A stretch of DNA of 64,000 bases from NCBI GenBank assembly GCA_030530785.1, contig JAUMUJ010000006.1:529-64528 (forward strand), written 5' to 3'. Made by a program: the position numbers and the translations under genes. Of the stretch, positions 49,875 through 63,237 are shown one piece after another. This DNA comes from Moraxella sp. Lineage in GTDB: Bacteria; Pseudomonadota; Gammaproteobacteria; Pseudomonadales; Moraxellaceae. The notes under the pieces are model-generated. The model was not told where the DNA came from. It did no database searches and was given only the letters and a program-made list of their open reading frames with translations. Numbering within the stretch: the stretch's first letter is position 1; the number at the start of each line of letters is the position of its first letter.

Positions 49875-50522
49875 CTATAACTTCTTATAAACCCCAAACG
49901 CCTCTTCCATATCATCAAATACCGTCAGTTCACCCGCCTTTAAAATGGCGGCTTTATCACAGTATTTTTTGACGATATTTAATTCATGGGAGACGATAAT
50001 CATGGATTTATGAGATCGTTTTTCAAATAACTCGGCTTGACACTTGCTTTTAAAGCTGGCATCACCCACCGAAATCACTTCATCAATCAAATAACAATCA
50101 AAATCAATCGCCATAGAAATGGCAAAAGCCAATCTTGCTCTCATGCCTGACGAATATACCCGCACAGGTTCATACAGATATTTACCTAGCTCGGCAAAAG
50201 ACTCTACAAATATCATCGCCTCATCATAATCCGTGCCATAGATACGACAGACAAAACGCACATTATCCGCACCTGTCAGACTGCCCTGAAACGCCCCACC
50301 AAAAGCGATGGGCCATGAGATATTTTCGTTTTTGATGATTTTACCCGATGTGGGTTTTTCTACCCCACCCAGCAGGCGAACCAGCGTGGATTTACCCGCA
50401 CCATTCCTACCGAGTATACCAACTTTTTCGCCTTTGTCAATGGTCAGATTGATGTTTTTTAATACATCTCGCTTACCTTTACCAAAGGGGTAGGCTTTGG
50501 TTACATTTTCCAACTTTATCAG
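49875..50522 (-). CDS. ctrD: Capsule export ABC ATP-binding protein (CtrD/KpsT/BexA)
   Basis: GRNGAGKST, YSSGMRARL and IDEV..VGD. No in-frame ATG near the start; CTG 50522 or TTG 50513. Confidence 0.92.
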   Translation of the reverse strand: MIKLENVTKAYPFGKGKRDVLKNINLTIDKGEKVGILGRNGAGKSTLVRLLGGVEKPTSGKIIKNENISWPIAFGGAFQGSLTGADNVRFVCRIYGTDYDEAMIFVESFAELGKYLYEPVRVYSSGMRARLAFAISMAIDFDCYLIDEVISVGDASFKSKCQAELFEKRSHKSMIIVSHELNIVKKYCDKAAILKAGELTVFDDMEEAFGVYKKL

Positions 50523-50545
50523 ATCATATCATATCATATCATATC
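50521..50545. repeat. Pentanucleotide repeat (GATAT)4 plus one degenerate GATCT unit (minus strand) at the ctrC/ctrD junction
   Basis: Plus strand reads agatc atatc atatc atatc atatc. Confidence 0.85.
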
Positions 50546-51359
50546 CAGCGTTATTATTGGATATTTGCCTAACCAATGTCAAGCCAATAAATGACAACAC
50601 CAAATTACATTGCACCAAATAATTAACACTCTCATAAGTGGGAATAACATCGCCATAATAGCCATGTCTTATCATTTCGGTCAAATGCACCATGGGTATA
50701 TACAATACCAACTCTTTGGCAATGTCTGGTAGCCAATGTACAAAAAACATCACCCCCGATAAAGGAAACATGATGATTGAAAACGCATTCCATAAGCGAT
50801 TGACCACCTCAGACATCTCACACAATGCCCCAATAACAAATGCCAGTCCAATGGCAAACCAAATCATTAGCCCCCAGCCAAACACCATATATAAAAAATC
50901 ATCAGGCATGGGCATAAAGCCAACAACATGAAAGATGACTGACAGTACTAAAAATGATACCGTTGCTCCAAATACTTCCAAAAATATCCGAGCCAAAAAC
51001 ACATCAATCACCGTAACATTGCGATGATATAAAAGCCCTGTATTGGCACTCACAGCCTTAGTGGTGCGACTGACACTATTACGCCAACAAAGCACCACCG
51101 AATAACCTATCACCGCAAAAGGAACGATGGGGATATCCTGCCCAAAACTACTGGCTCTAACCGCCTGCCAAAACAAAGCAATCAACACAATAAAAATCAT
51201 CGGCTCCACAAAAAGCCACAAAAAACCGATGTTATGTCGTCCATAACGGGTAATAATCTCACGCATAAACAGGGCATAAATGACCCTAAGCTGGATTTTT
51301 AGCGAGTGATAAAACGCCTGAATAGAGCTAATCATTATGCTCTTTGACCCCCGCCACAA
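50529..51359 (-). CDS. ctrC: Capsule export ABC permease (CtrC/KpsM/BexB)
   Basis: ALFMREIITRYGRHNIGFLWLFVEP, LLYHRNV and PMVH.TEMIRHG. True start may be ~51332. Confidence 0.92.
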   Translation of the reverse strand: MWRGSKSIMISSIQAFYHSLKIQLRVIYALFMREIITRYGRHNIGFLWLFVEPMIFIVLIALFWQAVRASSFGQDIPIVPFAVIGYSVVLCWRNSVSRTTKAVSANTGLLYHRNVTVIDVFLARIFLEVFGATVSFLVLSVIFHVVGFMPMPDDFLYMVFGWGLMIWFAIGLAFVIGALCEMSEVVNRLWNAFSIIMFPLSGVMFFVHWLPDIAKELVLYIPMVHLTEMIRHGYYGDVIPTYESVNYLVQCNLVLSFIGLTLVRQISNNNAGYDMI

Positions 51360-52446
51360 ACAATCTTAACACGCCCCATATCAAAAGCCCAAAAATAAAA
51401 CCCGAAATTATATTTTTGATGCGTTTAGGTTTGGTGGCTTCATCGGGCAATGACGGCTGTGCCAGTCTTTCAAGATACAGCTGTTTTTGATTAAAATCCG
51501 TCTTAGCCTGCTCATGGCTTGCCATAGCTGACATGAGTTGTTTGTCCGCCAGCTCCTTTTCCAGTTGCAAACGCTGAAACTCCACCGAGCGATTAGACAA
51601 TGACACATCGGCAGGACCTGTAACCAGTTTGGATTTTTCGGCAATGCTCTTTTTTAGGCTCTTAATGCGAGTTTCCATTGCTTTGATTTGGGGGTTTTCA
51701 GGAGTAATCTCCCGAGCTTGGGTCAGCTGGGTTTCGGTTTGAATGAGTGCGTCTTGAAGTTTAGAAATCTCTTGTAGGACAATCTGCGACTGACCTTCTG
51801 GATTAAAGACATCATTTTTTACCCGATATTCTGCCAAGCGGTTGGCGGTTTTTGCTGATAATTCTTGGGCTTCTTTGACTTCTTTTTCGGACGCTAATAA
51901 GATGTCGTTTTTGGCATTATCATTGATGCGATTGATGATGTCTTCGCTCATCTTTAATAGACTTTCATTGATGGCTTTGGCATCTTCGGCGGTGTAGGAC
52001 TCTATTTGTAATGTTGAAATGTTGGAGACAGGGTCATAAACGACTTTGACTTTTTTATTAAAATATTCATAAAAATTTTCAAAGGTTGGGCTTTTAAATG
52101 TGCCAAAACGACTGATGACATCCACTGACTTATCAGAATATTTGCTTTGAATGTCCAGCTCATCTTTTAGGTTTTGGGTGGCATCACGAGATGTCAAATA
52201 ATCCCGAACCAGATAACTGTCTCCCGATGATGAATTAAAGCCGATGTTTTGTAGTACCATGCCAAGCCCCGATGCGGACTGCTGGTTGGGACTTCTGATG
52301 ATAAATTTAGACTCTGAGGTATACACATCAGACGCAACAAAACCATAATAGACAGACAAACAGATGGTCGGCACAACCACAAATAACCAAAATAGCGGGT
52401 CTAAATGGCGTGTTATCTTTTTCATTTTTGGCTTTTTCAAAATCAT
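51328..52446 (-). CDS. ctrB: Capsule export polysaccharide co-polymerase (CtrB/KpsE/BexC)
   Basis: TM-coiled coil-TM; YYGFVASDVYTSES.F.IRS and KQLYL..LAQPSLPD. Confidence 0.92.
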   Translation of the reverse strand: MILKKPKMKKITRHLDPLFWLFVVVPTICLSVYYGFVASDVYTSESKFIIRSPNQQSASGLGMVLQNIGFNSSSGDSYLVRDYLTSRDATQNLKDELDIQSKYSDKSVDVISRFGTFKSPTFENFYEYFNKKVKVVYDPVSNISTLQIESYTAEDAKAINESLLKMSEDIINRINDNAKNDILLASEKEVKEAQELSAKTANRLAEYRVKNDVFNPEGQSQIVLQEISKLQDALIQTETQLTQAREITPENPQIKAMETRIKSLKKSIAEKSKLVTGPADVSLSNRSVEFQRLQLEKELADKQLMSAMASHEQAKTDFNQKQLYLERLAQPSLPDEATKPKRIKNIISGFIFGLLIWGVLRLFVAGVKEHND

Positions 52447-52453
52447 ACTCCCA

Positions 52454-53635
52454 TCAATTCGTCAAATTATCCACAGTATTTACCAAATATGCCCCCTGCC
52501 CTATCAAAGAAACAAACTTACGAAACTCCACACCCGGTGCATTAGAGACATAAATCAAATCTTTATCTTTGATGGCAAAGTTTTGGGCAACGATATAATT
52601 GATGGGGTCTTTTAGGTTAAGCCGATAAATGACAGGCACGATGGACTGATGACGAAATTCTAAGGGTAGGGCTTGGTACTGTTCTGGATTTAAGACATTG
52701 ATGGATTCTTGGCGAAAAATAAACACCCCACGAGCATCTGCTCGGTTATCATTCAAACCACCTGCCCGAGCCAACGCCTGCATGAGCGAAATGCCACCCG
52801 TCTCAAAGTTAATCTCATCATTTCTGGCGACCGCTCCTAGCACCGTAAAGCTCTTGGTTTGGTAATTGACTGATACCACATCGCCTTTTTGTAAGATGAC
52901 GTTTTGTCTGGGGTCTTTCATGATGGCTTCAAAGGGCATTTCCACCGATTGCCCCCGTCTGTTGAGCTGAATGGTAACTCGGCTAGATGGATGTTTTGTG
53001 CCACCTGCTGCTGCAATGGCATCCAGCAGTCTTTCGTTTTTGCCTGTCAATGGCATACGGGTGCTGTTATTAACCTCACCGATGATGGTGATGTCAGCGG
53101 AGTTGTTTTTGGCGATACGCACCACCGCACTGGGGTTATTGGCTTTTTTGTGAAGCCCTTTGACAATCATCTCTTGGACTTGTTGGGGGGTTTTGCCTGA
53201 CACCACCAATTTACCCACAAAAGGAATGGTAATCTGACCCCGATTATCCACCATCTGCTCAGGCAGTTTCACTTCTTTTGAGCCTGTCATGCTTGAAATG
53301 TCGCTGGCTGTGCCAAACAATAAAGCAGGAGGAGCCTCCCAAATGGACACATCCACCACATCGCCTGCACTAATAGTATTACTAAAACCTGATGACCCCC
53401 GATAATAATCCGAAAATCGTCTGGTCGGGCTAAAATCCGCCGTCATGCGAGCGATGTTACCATCAATCTCAATAATCGTCAGACCTGTGCCTGCGGTGTC
53501 CACCTGTTGTTCAATGACCTTTTTGGTAGGACCTACTGTCGGTTGCCAATTGTTAATGGCTTGACAGCCCGCCAAGGCAGTGATAAGCACCACACAGCTC
53601 ATGCTCATCAAAAAAAAGGAAATATGCTTCATCAT
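52454..53635 (-). CDS. ctrA: Capsule export outer-membrane lipoprotein (CtrA/BexD, OPX family)
   Basis: Lipobox LAGC; GDVVDVSIWEAPP..LF, GQITIPFVG and DLIYVSNAP. Probable start ATG 53635/53632. Confidence 0.92.
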   Translation of the reverse strand: MMKHISFFLMSMSCVVLITALAGCQAINNWQPTVGPTKKVIEQQVDTAGTGLTIIEIDGNIARMTADFSPTRRFSDYYRGSSGFSNTISAGDVVDVSIWEAPPALLFGTASDISSMTGSKEVKLPEQMVDNRGQITIPFVGKLVVSGKTPQQVQEMIVKGLHKKANNPSAVVRIAKNNSADITIIGEVNNSTRMPLTGKNERLLDAIAAAGGTKHPSSRVTIQLNRRGQSVEMPFEAIMKDPRQNVILQKGDVVSVNYQTKSFTVLGAVARNDEINFETGGISLMQALARAGGLNDNRADARGVFIFRQESINVLNPEQYQALPLEFRHQSIVPVIYRLNLKDPINYIVAQNFAIKDKDLIYVSNAPGVEFRKFVSLIGQGAYLVNTVDNLTN

Positions 53636-53769
53636 ACTTGCCAAATCGTCATCAATGTCGCTCATTATAACATAAAAAATTTTTCAGACAATGACCCAAA
53701 ACTAACACAATTTACGCAATCATCGTACATTGCCAACAATTATCCGCCAAAAATCACAACGGCTTGATA

Positions 53770-53805
53770 AAAAAATAAGCAGATTAATGATAATCTGCTT
53801 ATTTT
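53770..53805 (-). terminator. Rho-independent terminator after lpdA
   Basis: AAAATAAGCAGATTA-atga-TAATCTGCTTATTTT inverted repeat. Confidence 0.75.
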
Positions 53806-53819
53806 AAAGTCAGGGCAAA

Positions 53820-55283
<1,464 letters not shown>

Positions 55284-55322
55284 TCAAATAAAATGCCTAC
55301 CTTGCGATAGGCATTGTCATTA

Positions 55323-56513
55323 TTACAAATCCAAAATCAGACGTGCTGGGTCTTCAATCAGCTCTTTGATGGTTACCAAGAATTGTACCGCATCTTTACC
55401 ATCAATCAAGCGATGATCATAAGACAGGGCAAGATACATCATCGGCAAAATCACCACTTGACCATTGACTGCCATTGGACGCTCATTGATGGCATGCATA
55501 CCCAAAATGGCGGTTTGCGGTGGGTTGATAATAGGGGTAGACAGCAGTGAACCAAACACGCCACCGTTAGTGATGGTAAATGTGCCACCTGTCATCTCAT
55601 CAATGGACAGTTTGCCCTCACGAGCCTTGATGGCATAATCACGGATGCCACTTTCAATGTCAGCAAGCCCCATGTCATCGGTATCACGCAAAACAGGTAC
55701 TACCAAACCACGGTCGCTTGATACTGCCACACCCACATCATAATAACCATGATAAATGATGTCATCACCATCAATAGACGCATTGACCGCAGGGAAACGT
55801 TTTAACGCTTCGGTGGCCGCTTTCACAAACAACGACATAAAGCCCAATTTTACACCATGGCGTTTTTCAAACTGATCTTTATATTTGGCACGCAAGTCCA
55901 TGAGTGGCTTCATGTTCACTTCGTTAAACGTGGTGAGCATGGCAGTTTCTTGGGTGGCAGAGAGTAGTCGCTCGGCGATGCGTTTACGCAGACGGGTCAT
56001 CGGCTCACGTTTTTCAATACGCTGTCCGACTGCGGTGGCGATGACCTGACCGTTATCAGCCTTTAAGGTGGGGTTAATCATGTCAGACTTGGTAACACGA
56101 CCGCCACGACCTGAACCGACCACATCACTTGGATTGACACCTGTTTCTTTGGCAGCTTTACGCACGGCAGGAGCTTGGTCTTTAAACTCGTCTTCGTTGG
56201 CAGTTGCTGTCGCAGGAGCAACTTGTGGGGCAACTTCTTGGGCGGGTTCTTCGGCTTTGGCAGGGGCAGACGCAACCGCTCCTGCTTCAAACTCTGCAAT
56301 CGGCTCATCAGACAACACGGTGCTGTCCACACCTTTGGTAATACTGGTAATCACGCCATCATCAGGGGCAACGACTTCTAGGACAACCTTATCAGTTTCA
56401 ATCTCGGCAAGCAGTTGGTCTCGGGCAACTTGTTCACCCTCACTTACGTGCCATTCTACAATTGTGCCGTCTTGTACTGATTCTGGAAAGACGGGGGCTT
56501 TAATTTGAGACAT
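55323..56513 (-). CDS. sucB: 2-oxoglutarate dehydrogenase E2
   Basis: Lipoyl IETDKV and SYDHRLIDG; start ATG 56513. Confidence 0.97.
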   Translation of the reverse strand: MSQIKAPVFPESVQDGTIVEWHVSEGEQVARDQLLAEIETDKVVLEVVAPDDGVITSITKGVDSTVLSDEPIAEFEAGAVASAPAKAEEPAQEVAPQVAPATATANEDEFKDQAPAVRKAAKETGVNPSDVVGSGRGGRVTKSDMINPTLKADNGQVIATAVGQRIEKREPMTRLRKRIAERLLSATQETAMLTTFNEVNMKPLMDLRAKYKDQFEKRHGVKLGFMSLFVKAATEALKRFPAVNASIDGDDIIYHGYYDVGVAVSSDRGLVVPVLRDTDDMGLADIESGIRDYAIKAREGKLSIDEMTGGTFTITNGGVFGSLLSTPIINPPQTAILGMHAINERPMAVNGQVVILPMMYLALSYDHRLIDGKDAVQFLVTIKELIEDPARLILDL

Positions 56514-56586
56514 AAACAGACTCCAAATGTTTTTTAAATTAAAAAAGAATGCCAAATCGCCCAACAGCAACTTGGCAAAAGCTCAT

Positions 56587-59448
56587 TCATTGCAATTCTT
56601 CAACCGCCACATTTAATGCACAAGCCACAAGTGCTTTTTGCTCGGCGTTATGCATTTTTGGCGAACCTGTGGCAGGTGCTGCCGCTGATGGGCGTGCCGA
56701 TGGCTTAATCACTTTGGCATCGGTGGCAAGCTCATCAACCATGCTGTACAGATGTGGTGCCAAATATAGCCATGCTCCTTGATTAAGTGGCTCTTCTTGT
56801 GTCCACATGATTTGTTCAAGGTTGGGATATTTAGCAATCTCTGCCAAAATGCGTTCTTGTGGTAGCGGATACAGCTGTTCAATACGCACAATCGCCACGT
56901 CCGTAATGCCAAGTTTACGGCGAGCTTCTAACAGGTCATAATATACCTTGCCACCACAAAGCACAAGACGAACGACTTGGCTGTTATCCAGCGTATCCAC
57001 TTCTGGCAGTACCGTTTCAAACTTACCATTGACCAGCTCATCAAACTGTGATGTGGCAAGTGGGTGGCGAAGCAATGATTTTGGCGACATGACCACCAAC
57101 GGTTTACGAATCGGACGCACCACTTGACGGCGTAGAGCATGGAAAATCTGTGCAGGGGTTGTCGGAGTGATGACCTGCATATTTTCTTCGGCACAAAGCT
57201 GTAAATAACGCTCCAAACGTGCTGATGAATGCTCAGGACCTTGACCTTCAAAGCCGTGTGGCAAAAGCATGGTCAGACCGCAGACACGTTGCCATTTGGT
57301 CTCACCCGATGAGATAAATTGGTCAATGACCACCTGAGCTCCGTTGGCAAAGTCGCCAAACTGTGCTTCCCAGACAATGAGTGCGTTTGGCACGGTGGTG
57401 GCATAACCATATTCAAAGGCAAGCACCGCCTCTTCGGACAACAAAGAATTATAGGTCGCAAAACGAGCTTGGTTTTCGCTGATGTGTTGTAGCGGAATGT
57501 ACATACTGCCGTCTTTCATGTTATAAAGTTCTGAATGACGGTGTGAAAATGTGCCACGCCCCACGTCTTCGCCCGTAATACGCACCAGCGACCCTTCGTC
57601 CACCAGTGATGCGTATGCCAATGTTTCGGCAGCCCCCCAGTTTAAGGGTTCTTGACCTGTTTGCATGGCAAAGCGTTGTTCTAATACCTTAGCCACTTGG
57701 CGTTGCAACTCAAAACCTTCTGGCACTTTTGCCATCACTGTCGCATAGGATTTGAGCTTATCGGCAGGCACGCCCGTTTCCCAGTCATCTTTGAGTTCAT
57801 GACCCAAATAAGGCTTCCAATCCACAAACAGCTCGGTATTTGGCTCTTTGGCAAGCCCTTGTGCCACATCATCGCCATTATCCAAGGCAACACGGTAAGC
57901 ATCTTCGATCTGAGTGCTTTGCTCTTCGCTGATGACCCCTTCGGCAACCAATTTTTGGGCATATTTGGTGCGAGTGGTGGGCAGTTTTTTGATGGTTTGG
58001 TACATGAGTGGCTGAGTTGCCATCGGCTCATCAGACTCGTTATGACCATTACGGCGATAGCAGACGATGTCCAGCACCACATCTTTACCAAATTCGGTGC
58101 GATAATCCAACACCAGCTGACTGGCGAACACCACCGCTTCGGGGTCATCACCATTAACGTGCAACACAGGAGCATGAACCATCTTCGCCACATCGGTACA
58201 GTACTCAGTGGAGCGGGCATCTTCGGGGCGAGACGTGGTAAAACCCACTTGGTTGTTAATGACCACATGAACCGTACCGCCTGTCTTGTAGGCACGGGTT
58301 TGCGACATTTGGAACGTTTCTTGGTTTACGCCTTGACCAGCAAAGGCAGCATCACCATGCACCACGATGGGCAGTACAGTACTGTTGTCAATCTCGTAGC
58401 CATATTTTTCAGAACGTCTTGCTTGTCTGGCACGCACCGAGCCTAGCATGACGGGCGACACAATTTCTAAATGTGATGGGTTATAAGCAAGTGCCAAATG
58501 TAACTCGCCACCTTTGGTAACCACGTTTGAACTAAAACCGTTGTGGTATTTTACATCACCCGAACCTGCGGTGGGCTGAATTTTACCATCAAATTCATCA
58601 AACAGCACAGACGGGTTTTTACCCATGATGTTCACCAGCAAGTTTAAGCGACCACGGTGAGCCATGCCGATGACAACCTCTTTTGCCCCATACGTACCCA
58701 CACGCTGAATCATCTCATGCACAGACGGGATAAAACTCTCCCCCCCTTCAAGACCAAAGCGTTTTACGCCTGTGTATTTACGAGCCAGATATTTTTCAAG
58801 CCCTTCGGCAGCCGTCAAACGCTCTAAAATTTCTAATTTTTTATCTTTATCAAAGTTGATATGACCTTGATTGGATTCAATGTATTTTTCAATCCATTTT
58901 TTCTCGGTGGCGGTAAAGACGTGCATATATTCATAGCCGATACTGCCACAATAAATCCGCTCACAAATCTCAATAATCTCACGCAATGTGGCTTCTGACT
59001 TGCCAATGTTCATGAGCGTGGTTGGAAATACCGTATCAAGGTCAGCTTCTGACAAACCATGATACGCCAAAGTCAAATCTTCAATGGCTTCACGCTTTTG
59101 CAGTCCAAGCGGGTCAAGATTTGCCTTGCGATGCCCTCGACGGCGATAAGCACTGATAAGCTGTTGCACTGCCATTTGTTTGGCATCGCCACTGACATTG
59201 TTCACATTAATGATGGCACGTTTGTTATTACGCCCCAAAAGCAAAAACTGCTCTTTGATGGCATTATGTGGGGCATCATCTGGACTGACATAGTCGGCAA
59301 AATAATCTTGCCATTCTTGACTGACGCTATTTTTGTCCGCCAAATAATCTTCGTACAACATCTCAATGTACGCAACACCATCTGCGGTCAATTCAGTATT
59401 TTTGTACGCAATGGTATCTTTACTGCTCTTTGTCATAATTTTCGCCAT
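56587..59448 (-). CDS. sucA: 2-oxoglutarate dehydrogenase E1
   Basis: KRFGLEG, GMAHRGRLN, HGDAAFAGQG and WEAQFGDFANGAQ. Confidence 0.98.
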   Translation of the reverse strand: MAKIMTKSSKDTIAYKNTELTADGVAYIEMLYEDYLADKNSVSQEWQDYFADYVSPDDAPHNAIKEQFLLLGRNNKRAIINVNNVSGDAKQMAVQQLISAYRRRGHRKANLDPLGLQKREAIEDLTLAYHGLSEADLDTVFPTTLMNIGKSEATLREIIEICERIYCGSIGYEYMHVFTATEKKWIEKYIESNQGHINFDKDKKLEILERLTAAEGLEKYLARKYTGVKRFGLEGGESFIPSVHEMIQRVGTYGAKEVVIGMAHRGRLNLLVNIMGKNPSVLFDEFDGKIQPTAGSGDVKYHNGFSSNVVTKGGELHLALAYNPSHLEIVSPVMLGSVRARQARRSEKYGYEIDNSTVLPIVVHGDAAFAGQGVNQETFQMSQTRAYKTGGTVHVVINNQVGFTTSRPEDARSTEYCTDVAKMVHAPVLHVNGDDPEAVVFASQLVLDYRTEFGKDVVLDIVCYRRNGHNESDEPMATQPLMYQTIKKLPTTRTKYAQKLVAEGVISEEQSTQIEDAYRVALDNGDDVAQGLAKEPNTELFVDWKPYLGHELKDDWETGVPADKLKSYATVMAKVPEGFELQRQVAKVLEQRFAMQTGQEPLNWGAAETLAYASLVDEGSLVRITGEDVGRGTFSHRHSELYNMKDGSMYIPLQHISENQARFATYNSLLSEEAVLAFEYGYATTVPNALIVWEAQFGDFANGAQVVIDQFISSGETKWQRVCGLTMLLPHGFEGQGPEHSSARLERYLQLCAEENMQVITPTTPAQIFHALRRQVVRPIRKPLVVMSPKSLLRHPLATSQFDELVNGKFETVLPEVDTLDNSQVVRLVLCGGKVYYDLLEARRKLGITDVAIVRIEQLYPLPQERILAEIAKYPNLEQIMWTQEEPLNQGAWLYLAPHLYSMVDELATDAKVIKPSARPSAAAPATGSPKMHNAEQKALVACALNVAVEELQ

Positions 59449-59695
59449 ATTCTGGGTGGGTGAGTGTTATTGTTTGGTTAAGAACCAAACAGTTACCTAC
59501 ATTGCGTATAGAATACGCATATCTTGCATAGTTTACGCTATTTGGGTCAAGATAACAAGCATTAGAACCAAAATCTATATCAAAGAAATCTTGCAATCTT
59601 TGCTTTTATCACATTCAATACCAAAATACCAACCGTTTTGCCAAGCATGATAAAGCTGTTATAATAAAACATCACTTTAATTAAACCAAAACACA

Positions 59696-60439
59696 ATGCA
59701 CCCCACCAAACTTCATCAATTTTTTAATAACAACCCCACCTTTGACCGTTCTGATTGGCACGCTCTAACTCGCCCATGTATTGACATGGCACTTACAGAC
59801 AGTTTTCATGTCAGTGGCAGTTATTGGGGTGGCAAGCCGTATTTGCCAAAGGACTTTGAGTTACCAAAAGCTCCACAAGGCAACGAATACCGCTTTATCG
59901 GACAGCTTAATTTTGCTGATTTTGCTGACATATCCATGCCAGTTGCCATGCCAAAATCAGGAGTGCTGTCGTTATTTTATCTAGAGTATGCTCCCGATTG
60001 GCAAATGGGCGATAACGAACCATTTTGGCAAGATGACGGCTTTATCAGAGCATTTTATTTTGCTGACACCGCCGATTTTGTGGTGCATGATGACAAAGAT
60101 ACAGGTACGCCCGCCAAAGGCATTATTTTTAAATTGGGTGTGGATTTGCCATGCAATCGCTACTTTGATGTGAATTATCCGCCTGATATGGGTAATTTTT
60201 ATGACGCATTTTATGATGGTTTTGATGATTTGCCCGACCATATTTTTGGCTATCCGACCAATAACAGTTTGGGCTATGACCCCACCCCACAAGATGGCGA
60301 ATGGCTACCCCTTATTAGTTTACAATCACACAATGAGCTAAATTGGTGCTGGCATGATGGCGACCATTTGATGGTGTTTATAGAAAAATCCGCCCTTGTC
60401 AAGGGTGATTTTAGCAATTTAAAAACAGATGCAGGTTAA
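59696..60439 (+). CDS. YwqG/DUF1963 family protein (second copy)
   Basis: SYWGGKPYLP, FIGQLNF, PKSGVLSLF, HIFGYP, LISLQS..WHDGD and GDFS. Confidence 0.8.
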   Translation: MHPTKLHQFFNNNPTFDRSDWHALTRPCIDMALTDSFHVSGSYWGGKPYLPKDFELPKAPQGNEYRFIGQLNFADFADISMPVAMPKSGVLSLFYLEYAPDWQMGDNEPFWQDDGFIRAFYFADTADFVVHDDKDTGTPAKGIIFKLGVDLPCNRYFDVNYPPDMGNFYDAFYDGFDDLPDHIFGYPTNNSLGYDPTPQDGEWLPLISLQSHNELNWCWHDGDHLMVFIEKSALVKGDFSNLKTDAG

Positions 60440-60440
60440 T

Positions 60441-60758
60441 ATGTACAAATTCATCGCCTATATTCCCGAATCTGACTTAGAAAAGGTCAAAACCGCCCTA
60501 TTTAATGCAGGGGCGGGGCAGTTTGATGGATACAGTCATTGTTCTTGGCAGACGCTTGGCGTGGGGCAGTTTAAACCCTTAAAAGGAGCAAATCCCGCTA
60601 TTGGGCAGATTGACAAGACAGAATACGTCAGCGAATGGCGGGTTGAGACCATTGTCCCTGATGATAAGCTCATGGACGTGGTGCGTGCCTATAAGTCCGC
60701 CCACCCCTATGAAGTGCCTGCCTATGATGTGTATCAAATGGTGGGTGTGGATTTTTAA
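60441..60758 (+). CDS. Stand-alone NIF3/YqfO PII-like domain protein
   Basis: VKTALFNAGAG, YSHCSW, GQFKP..GANPAIG and AHPYEVPAYD. Confidence 0.85.
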   Translation: MYKFIAYIPESDLEKVKTALFNAGAGQFDGYSHCSWQTLGVGQFKPLKGANPAIGQIDKTEYVSEWRVETIVPDDKLMDVVRAYKSAHPYEVPAYDVYQMVGVDF

Positions 60759-60960
60759 AACCCAAAACCATTTCTTAAAACTGACATAGGCTTGACGTTT
60801 AATTCTCACTTCATCGTTTGTTGCCTTTGTTACATAAACGCCATAGGCTAACACAGTAGAACCTACCACTTTATGTCAAGGCTTGGTTTTTACCTTGATA
60901 AATATTCATGGCTGAACATACTTTTTAGTGAGATTTTAAAACGCTGTTAAAATCCCAAAT

Positions 60961-60993
60961 AAAAAAATCCCCAAATCAGGGGAGATTTGGGGG
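60961..60993 (-). terminator. Rho-independent terminator of the tRNA transcript
   Basis: CCCCAAATC-N6-GATTTGGGG stem followed by ATTTTTTT on the minus strand. Confidence 0.7.
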
Positions 60994-61018
60994 CTAAACT
61001 GGAAATACCAGTTAAAAA

Positions 61019-61113
61019 TGGCGCAGCGGACGGGACTCGAACCCGCGACCCCCGGCGTGACCGCTGACCCTCTGCTTGTAAGGCAGATGCTCTACCAACT
61101 GAGCTAACCACCC
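61019..61113 (-). tRNA. Chimeric tRNA: 5' tRNA-Val(TAC) fused to the 3' half of tRNA-Asp(GTC); probably non-functional
   Basis: GGGTGGTTAGCTCAGTTGGTAGAGCATCTGCCTTACAAGCAGAGGGTCAGCGGT joined to CACGCCGGGGGTCGCGGGTTCGAGTCCCGTCCGCTGCGCCA; 95 nt; acceptor halves mismatch. Confidence 0.85.
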
Positions 61114-61140
61114 AATCGCCAGATTATCATCAATCTTGGC

Positions 61141-61215
61141 TGTTGTGGTGCGTATTATATAGGATTTTAAAACTAAGTCAAGTACTTTTTTAAAAAAATT
61201 TAAAAAAATTTTTAA
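61141..61215 (-). promoter_or_regulatory. Stable-RNA-type promoter of the tRNA locus
   Basis: TTGACT (61181-61176), 16 nt, TATAAT (61159-61154), GC-rich discriminator, upstream A/T-tract UP element. Confidence 0.8.
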
Positions 61216-61252
61216 AGCCATTAAAACGCATCTCTGCCCCCAGACTTTTTGA

Positions 61253-63154
<1,902 letters not shown>

Positions 63155-63237
63155 TTATTGATATTTATAAGATGTGTACCACGCACCATTTAAATGAGAT
63201 ATTTAAATAAATATCAATAAGTTATCAGACTTTAAAT

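Larger units (their letters stand above)
34639..53665 (-). other. ABC-transporter-dependent (group 2-like) capsule locus: export genes plus AT-rich biosynthetic cassette
   Basis: ctrABCD-like export genes followed by co-oriented nucleotide-sugar and glycosyltransferase genes; 34639-49870 is visibly more AT-rich than the flanks. Confidence 0.9.

Noticed and set aside
53783-53801. Fur-box-like TAATGATAATC upstream of ctrA
   Set aside because: Only about 12/19 match and better explained as the lpdA terminator stem-loop.
57697-58446. 249-aa plus-strand ORF and similar long antisense ORFs (2711-3214, 14408-14911, 56068-56508)
   Set aside because: Shadows of conserved genes (sucA, permease, tig, sucB) with no recognisable motifs.
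61012-61221. 69-aa ORF
   Set aside because: Overlies the tRNA and its promoter; incidental.
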